Positions 58,699 to 64,000 of a stretch of DNA of 64,000 bases are shown in pieces; position 1 is the stretch's first letter, and every line of letters starts with the position of its first letter. The notes below the pieces were generated by a model. It had not been told where the DNA came from. It searched no databases and saw only the letters and a program-made list of their open reading frames with translations. Source of the DNA: Tolypothrix carrinoi HA7290-LM1 (GTDB lineage Bacteria; Cyanobacteriota; Cyanobacteriia; Cyanobacteriales; Nostocaceae); NCBI GenBank assembly GCA_019358935.1, contig JAHHIK010000029.1, positions 8,734-72,733 on the forward strand, in the 5' to 3' direction. The translations under genes and the position numbers were made by a program.

Positions 58699-59691
58699 AT
58701 GAGAATTTCTGTACGTTACCTTACTTATCTATTGTTCTTGGTAGCATTGACGTTTACTTTTGTTTCGGCTTGTAGCATAAGTATCGATCAACGTGTTACA
58801 ACTACCAAACAGCCAGTGGAAGATTGCCGAGTCGTGCAACATGCAATGGGTAAAACGTGCATTCCTCGCAACCCTCAACGAGTAGTAACTCTGTGGACAG
58901 CTACTTTGGCTAATAGCCTAGCATTGGGTATCAAACCTGTTGCATCTGTATACAACATAGGTGAACCTCTCCAAAAATATCTTCGAGGTAAAGTAGATGG
59001 AGTTGAACCTGTTGGAAGCCTAACAGAACCAAACTTAGAGAAGATTTTGTTACTTAAACCTGATTTAATTATATCGAACACTCGGTTGCAAAATATCTAT
59101 AAGCAGCTATCTTACATTGCGCCCACTCTTGTGTTGAGCCTTCGTTCCCCGCCATCTCCTTGGAAGCAAAACTTGGAAGACCTTGCTAAAGTGCTAGATA
59201 AGGAAGAGGCTAATCAGCAATTGATTGACCAATATTGGAGGCGGATTGAAAAACTAAAACTTGCCTTGGGCGTTGGCGCAGCCTCTCCAAAGGAGAATCG
59301 CCGTCTCCAGATGCAAGTATCCGTTGCCACTGTGGATCAAACCTATGGAATATATATCTATGGAACAAAACATCCAACTGGTGTAGTTCTGAAAGATATT
59401 GGACTACAACGCCCATCGGCACAAAGTGGAGATTTCTTCACAAGAAGCAATATTTCTCAGGAGCATTTGTCTGATATTGATGGTGATGTTTTGTTCCTTT
59501 CCTATAGGGGAGAAGAAGCAGGTAAAGAGGCTTTAGAAAAGTTACAACAATCTCCTTTGTGGCAAAAGCTGAAAGTGGTTCAACAAAATCGGGTTTATCT
59601 GGTAGATTCTGACCACTGGTACGCTTTTGATATTTTGGCAATGAATGCAGTCATTGATGACTTATTTAAATACCTAGTCAACACACCGTAA
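58699..59691 (+). CDS. Iron-siderophore ABC transporter substrate-binding lipoprotein (FecB/FhuD-like)
   Basis: Lipobox VSAC, PQRVVTL, LGIKPV, PNLEKILLLKPDLI, LSYIAPT, PLWQKLKVVQ; alternative TTG start at 58681. Confidence 0.93.
   Translation: MRISVRYLTYLLFLVALTFTFVSACSISIDQRVTTTKQPVEDCRVVQHAMGKTCIPRNPQRVVTLWTATLANSLALGIKPVASVYNIGEPLQKYLRGKVDGVEPVGSLTEPNLEKILLLKPDLIISNTRLQNIYKQLSYIAPTLVLSLRSPPSPWKQNLEDLAKVLDKEEANQQLIDQYWRRIEKLKLALGVGAASPKENRRLQMQVSVATVDQTYGIYIYGTKHPTGVVLKDIGLQRPSAQSGDFFTRSNISQEHLSDIDGDVLFLSYRGEEAGKEALEKLQQSPLWQKLKVVQQNRVYLVDSDHWYAFDILAMNAVIDDLFKYLVNTP
59273..59296. repeat. 24-bp small dispersed repeat inserted in-frame in a HIP1 site
   Basis: GCG|ttggcgcagcctctccaaaggaga|ATCGC; removal gives ttgggcgatcgccgt (LGDRR). 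Confidence 0.8.
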
Positions 59692-59695
59692 ACTT

Positions 59696-60070
59696 ATGCC
59701 CAAGCACATTCTATTCGTCTGCAAATCCTGCCAATGCTCCTCCCAAGAAAAACCGGAAAACCAACCCGCCGATGGCACTATTTTACTTGACAAACTTAAC
59801 AGTTTATGGAGCGAATATTTTCCATCAGACGAACTTGAAATTAAACCCGTTGAATGCCTGTGGGCTTGCAGTCAAGGCTGTGTTGTATCTGTATCAAGCC
59901 ACGACAAACCCACCTATCTTTTCGTCAATCTTCCCCCAGAAGAAAGCCCAACAGCGTTACTAGAATTTATGCAATTGTATATCAATCATAAAGGTGCTGT
60001 AGCTTGGAAACGATTTCCTGAACTTTTACAGTCTGCTATTTTCGCGCAAATTCCGCCTGTAAGTAAGTAG
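59696..60070 (+). CDS. DUF1636-family Cys-rich predicted metal-binding protein
   Basis: FVCKSC, VECLWACSQGCVV, KPTYLF, AQIPP. Confidence 0.85.
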   Translation: MPKHILFVCKSCQCSSQEKPENQPADGTILLDKLNSLWSEYFPSDELEIKPVECLWACSQGCVVSVSSHDKPTYLFVNLPPEESPTALLEFMQLYINHKGAVAWKRFPELLQSAIFAQIPPVSK

Positions 60071-60275
60071 TCATCATCAACTACATACACCAGAGCAGAT
60101 GAAAATTAAAAGTAAACTTTGTATTTCTTATCCTACTTTTGGGATTGCTAAGTGAGATTATGAAACTTCAGACAGAGACGCAAAATTTACAGATAATTTG
60201 ATAATTTCCTTGTTCTTTGTGTCTTTGTGTGATACTCAACAAATAATAATTCATACTCAAATTCAACAACGCTTT

Positions 60276-62087
60276 TCATCTCACCCCCGACTGCACCCGC
60301 CACAAATTAGTATAAATCCCATTCTTACCCAACAATTCTTCATGGGTTCCCGACTCAACTAATTTCCCATATTCCATCACATAAATGCGATCGGCATTAC
60401 GGATAGTGGAAAGACGATGGGCGATCGCTATCGTTGTTCGATTCACAGTAATCCGTTCCAAAGAACGCTGAATCGCCGCTTCCGTTTCATTATCTACTGC
60501 TGATGTAGCTTCATCTAAAACTAGGATAGGCGGATTTTTCAAAACAGCCCTAGCTATAGCAATTCTTTGCCGTTGTCCACCAGATAATTTTTGACCTCTT
60601 TCCCCAACTATTGTCTCATAAGCTTGAGGAAGTCGCACAATAAAATCATGCGCTTCGGCAACTTTTGCAGCTTCTACTATTTGTCTATCACTAGCATCAA
60701 AAGAACCATAGGCAATATTTTCCGCAACCGTTCCATGAAATAAAAATACATCCTGACTTACCAAGCCAATACTGTGACGTAAATCATGTAAATTGAATTT
60801 TTGGATATCAATTCCATCAATAGTAATAGTTCCAGAAGAGATATCGTAAAATCGCAATAGTAATTTAACTAAAGTGCTTTTCCCAGAACCTGTAGAACCA
60901 ACAATTGCAATAGTTTCTCCTGCGGGAATATGTAAAGACAATTTTTTAAGAATTGGCTCTCTGTTTGGGTAGGAAAAACTAACGTGCGTCAATTCAACTT
61001 CCCCACGCACTTTATCAATAGGTAGAGCTATGTCTCCTGTAGTAATATGAATAGGAGTATCTAATAAATCCATGATACGATTGGTAGAAGCCATAGACCT
61101 TTGATACTTATCAAATATTTCTCCTAATTCTACTAAAGGCCACAACATTCTCTGGACTAAAACAATTAGGACACTATAATTTCCAATAGATATCTTCCCA
61201 TTATATGCTGCCATCCCTCCCCAAAATAACAAGGCAACGAATCCGACTAAAACGAGCATCCTAATTAAGGGAATAAATGCAGCCGACAGTTTAATTGCTT
61301 TAGTATTGCTTTTTCGATATGCTTCACTTTCCCCTGCTAACCTAGCACTTTCATAAGCCTCAGCAGTGAAACTTTTAATTGTATTAATTCCACTCAAATT
61401 ATTTTCTAGTCTGGAATTCAAAAAACTTACCCTTTCCCGAACATCCGCATAACGGGATTCTAGACGTTTTTGATAATTAAAAGACCCCCAAATAATAAAT
61501 GGCATCGGCAACATTGCAACCAAGGTAATAGAGAAAGGTAAAATTAATATTGCACCACCAACTAAAATGATAATTGAGGTGGTAATTTGGATGATGTCAT
61601 TGGCTCCATAATTCAAAAAATCTTCTAATTGGTTGATATCATCATTCAAAATTGACATCAAACCACCAGTACTACTTTCTTCAAAGTAAGCTGAATCTAA
61701 TTCTTGTAAATGATTGTAAGCATCCAAGCGCAAATTATGCTGAATATTTTGGGCTAAATTGCGCCAAAGCCTATCAAAACCATACTGAGAAAGTGATTCG
61801 AGTATCCAAATAATAACAGTTACTCCCGAAAGCAGTAAAAACTGCCAAAATATATCCTTTACACCCAACTTTGCAATGACAGACTCTTGCTGTTCCACAA
61901 GTATATCCACCGCAATCCCAACTAACCACGGTGGTGCTAAGTCCAAAATCGTATTGATTATAGACAATAATGTTGCTAGCCAAATTTGTTGACGGTACTG
62001 GCTTCCATAGTTTAACAAACGTTGTAACGGATAGCTTGACTTTCTAACCTTTTCAGATACTCTATGAGATTGTGATAATATTGTCAC
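60276..62087 (-). CDS. ABC transporter, fused permease/ATPase (exporter fold)
   Basis: Hydrophobic N-terminal half; GSTGSGKST, LSGGQRQR, LVLDEATS, IAHRLST. Confidence 0.95.
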   Translation of the reverse strand: MTILSQSHRVSEKVRKSSYPLQRLLNYGSQYRQQIWLATLLSIINTILDLAPPWLVGIAVDILVEQQESVIAKLGVKDIFWQFLLLSGVTVIIWILESLSQYGFDRLWRNLAQNIQHNLRLDAYNHLQELDSAYFEESSTGGLMSILNDDINQLEDFLNYGANDIIQITTSIIILVGGAILILPFSITLVAMLPMPFIIWGSFNYQKRLESRYADVRERVSFLNSRLENNLSGINTIKSFTAEAYESARLAGESEAYRKSNTKAIKLSAAFIPLIRMLVLVGFVALLFWGGMAAYNGKISIGNYSVLIVLVQRMLWPLVELGEIFDKYQRSMASTNRIMDLLDTPIHITTGDIALPIDKVRGEVELTHVSFSYPNREPILKKLSLHIPAGETIAIVGSTGSGKSTLVKLLLRFYDISSGTITIDGIDIQKFNLHDLRHSIGLVSQDVFLFHGTVAENIAYGSFDASDRQIVEAAKVAEAHDFIVRLPQAYETIVGERGQKLSGGQRQRIAIARAVLKNPPILVLDEATSAVDNETEAAIQRSLERITVNRTTIAIAHRLSTIRNADRIYVMEYGKLVESGTHEELLGKNGIYTNLWRVQSGVR

Positions 62088-62283
62088 GACTATTTATTGT
62101 TGGTATTTGTGTACTTGATGTGGAACAGCTTAATTTTGTAATTTGCACATTGTGATTTATTTAAGTTATTGTAGTGTGGGCATCGTACCCGCTTATTGTA
62201 TGCAAATTAAGTGCCTAAAAGCTTAACAAAATGATTATTTATTTGACATTAAACTTTTGAAACATCTGACTCAAGCTTCCCAT

Positions 62284-63280
62284 TCAACTTTCACACCCAG
62301 ACTTAGATAAAAACTCTGCTTGTCGCTGCGAAATCAAAGTTATTATACTCTCTAATTCCGGTTCAGTCTCGTATAGCTCATGCAAAATATTTAACGCTTC
62401 TATAGCTTTATCTAAGGGGTAATACCAGCCAAAATCATTCCGACAATATCTCCATCCCGGAATTGATTTCGCATGAAGTCTAAAAATATCACTTTTATTT
62501 AATTCTTCTGGCACATATAGCGCTACACGCTCTCCTTTAAATTCAATTCGCAACTTGATTTTTTCAGGAGTTTGTACATTCTTTCGTTGATGTGATGCAA
62601 CACAACGCGAACACAACCAATTATATGGTAAAGGTGCTTGCCATCCCATCTGTATTGCTTCTGGACAGATAGAATGAAGGATTAACTGACAGTCAACTAA
62701 CTTAAGTCCAGATTCTTGCACTTGTTTTAAACTTTGTTGGTTGAAGAAAGGCAGAGGGCAGGAGGCAGCTATGCTGAAGGAGCAATCGGATGGGGATTCA
62801 AACCCCAACCGATTGAATCCACCGTGTAGACGGTGGGGTTTTATACCCAGTTGGCTCCAGCCAGAAGGCTGAATCAAAGACATAATTTATACCTTCTGCC
62901 CTCTGCCCTCTGCCTTCTGCCTTCCGCCGAAGGCGGATAACTAAGTTATTTTCAAACTCTATTGTCTGATTGCACAAAACACAAACAATATGATAATGAA
63001 TGATAGAGTCAGTATTTAACTCATATTTTTTATGTCCTTCTGTGAATTCTAATTCGCGTAAAAGCCCCATTTGTGTCATCAGTTTCAGGTTACGGTAAAC
63101 TGTAGACAAACTTATTTTTTCACCACGCTGTAATAAAGAATCCCAGACATCTTCTGCACTGATATGATTAGCCTTGGGTAAATTCTGAAATATTAGGAAA
63201 ATCATCTCGCGTTGAGCAGTAAACCGCCAACCTTTGGCATTGAGTTTTTCCTTTAACGAGCCAGGAAGATCCATAGACAT
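62284..63280 (-). pseudogene. fur: Fur-family regulator with C-terminal extension, split by a 196-bp insertion
   Basis: RFTAQR, HISAED, SLSTVYRNL, HIVCVLC in 63280-62936; continuation QQSLKQVQESGLKLVDCQLILHSICP in another frame from 62739; deleting 62740-62935 gives one 266-aa ORF. Confidence 0.88.
62740..62935. mobile_element. MITE-like structured insertion with inverted heptamer-repeat arms
   Basis: Left aaggcagagggcaggaggcag versus right ccttctgccctctgccctctgccttctgcctt; internal hairpins ggggattcaaacccc, ccaccgtgtagacggtgg, ccgccgaaggcgg; GC-richer than flanks; edges uncertain by a few bases. Confidence 0.8.
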
Positions 63281-63499
63281 TACGTTACGTTACATTACTT
63301 AGTATTCAATAAATTTTGCTTATTAATAAGAAGTTGCTTTCTATTTAAAAACAGCACTGGACATTTTCAGTGGTATCTTTAATCACGTATGAATTATTAC
63401 CTTTTCTCAACCGATACGGGTGTCCCCTACTTTAAAAGTATTTTATAAGATTGTACCTGCTGGTTGTCCTACTTTACTGACGACTCGACTAACAATATT

Positions 63500-63876
63500 T
63501 TAATCAACAACTACAGAGGGAATTTGGGCAATTATAGCAGGCTGTAAAATTTCGGGAATTTTGTTCCACACAACAACCCCTTTACGACTCTTGATGTACA
63601 GTTTCACAAACTCTAGTAATGCTGTGTTCACACTTACAAGGGGAGATATCCGCAAAAAAATAGGTGGGTTTTTCAGCACTGCCGACTGCAACAACACAGC
63701 CACGACTACATGCCCATAAACATTCTACAGGTTCAATTTCTAGTAATTCTGATTTGATTTGTTTATCAGACAAAGCATTTAATTGTTCGAGTAAACGAGA
63801 ACCATCGGAAATTTGACCATCAGCGAGTTCCTCGGATGGACGATGACAGGATTTGCAGAGGAACAATTTATATTTA
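63500..63876 (-). pseudogene. Second DUF1636-family gene, frameshifted and 5'-interrupted by an IS
   Basis: ORFs 63582-63866 (FLCKSC...CLWACSRGC...KPTYFF) and 63500-63703 (TALLEF...AQIPS) are two halves homologous to 59696-60070; one extra base near 63635-63660; no ATG before the IS end. Confidence 0.85.
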
Positions 63877-64000
63877 GAGGATGTTTGAAAAGTCGAAGCA
63901 GGTCAAAAATCATGCGAGTCGTCGAATCATAATACGTATCATCGCAATATAAATAAAAGTTTCCGAAGTTTCTGGTAGACGTTCATAATCCTTACTTAAA
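63877..64000 (-). mobile_element. End of an IS5-family (IS1031-like) insertion sequence
   Basis: Terminal GAGGATGTTTGAAAAGT preceded by TTA, adjacent to a transposase C-terminus. Confidence 0.85.
63910..64000 (-). CDS. IS5-family transposase, C-terminal fragment (runs off window)
   Basis: Hand translation LSKDYERLPETSETFIYIAMIRIMIRRLA*, a typical IS5/IS1031-group C-terminus; not in ORF track. Confidence 0.88.
   Translation of the reverse strand, partial: LSKDYERLPETSETFIYIAMIRIMIRRLA

Noticed and set aside
62284..62883. 199-aa ORF as an independent gene
   Set aside because: Its start lies inside the inserted element; the remainder is the C-terminal part of the split fur
62745..62935. Possible CRISPR array or tRNA
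   Set aside because: No repeat-spacer periodicity and no cloverleaf; the structure is heptamer arms plus hairpins. No rRNA, tRNA or CRISPR array was recognised anywhere in the window

Overview
AT-rich DNA from a filamentous (Nostocales-like) cyanobacterium, judged from frequent HIP1 GCGATCGC sites, Nostoc-type short repeats and an AMIN-domain TonB receptor. About 55 kb (1-54845, minus strand, continuing past the left edge) is one colinear hybrid NRPS/cis-AT PKS cluster. Predicted order: FAAL-ACP; basic amino acid (A domain interrupted by a PRMT-like methyltransferase); PKS with MT; Thr+E; Gly; Thr; PKS+E; Gly (A domain interrupted by a luciferase-like monooxygenase); PKS; PKS with degenerate KR; beta-Ala. 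The cluster also encodes a four-gene hydroxymalonyl-ACP extender cassette, matched by two ATs with a GYSIG active site, plus a PanP-type Asp decarboxylase, a GT1 glycosyltransferase, an Asp/Asn beta-hydroxylase-family enzyme and a SAM methyltransferase. It is divergently transcribed, across Fur-box-like sites, from a TonB-dependent receptor, a periplasmic binding protein and a DUF1636 gene. This suggests an iron-regulated glycosylated lipo-peptide/polyol metallophore that I cannot match to a characterised cluster. The right end holds an ABC exporter, a long Fur gene split by a 196-bp MITE-like insert, a frameshifted second DUF1636 copy and the end of an IS5-family element. Substrate calls are hand-read motifs, not computed results.
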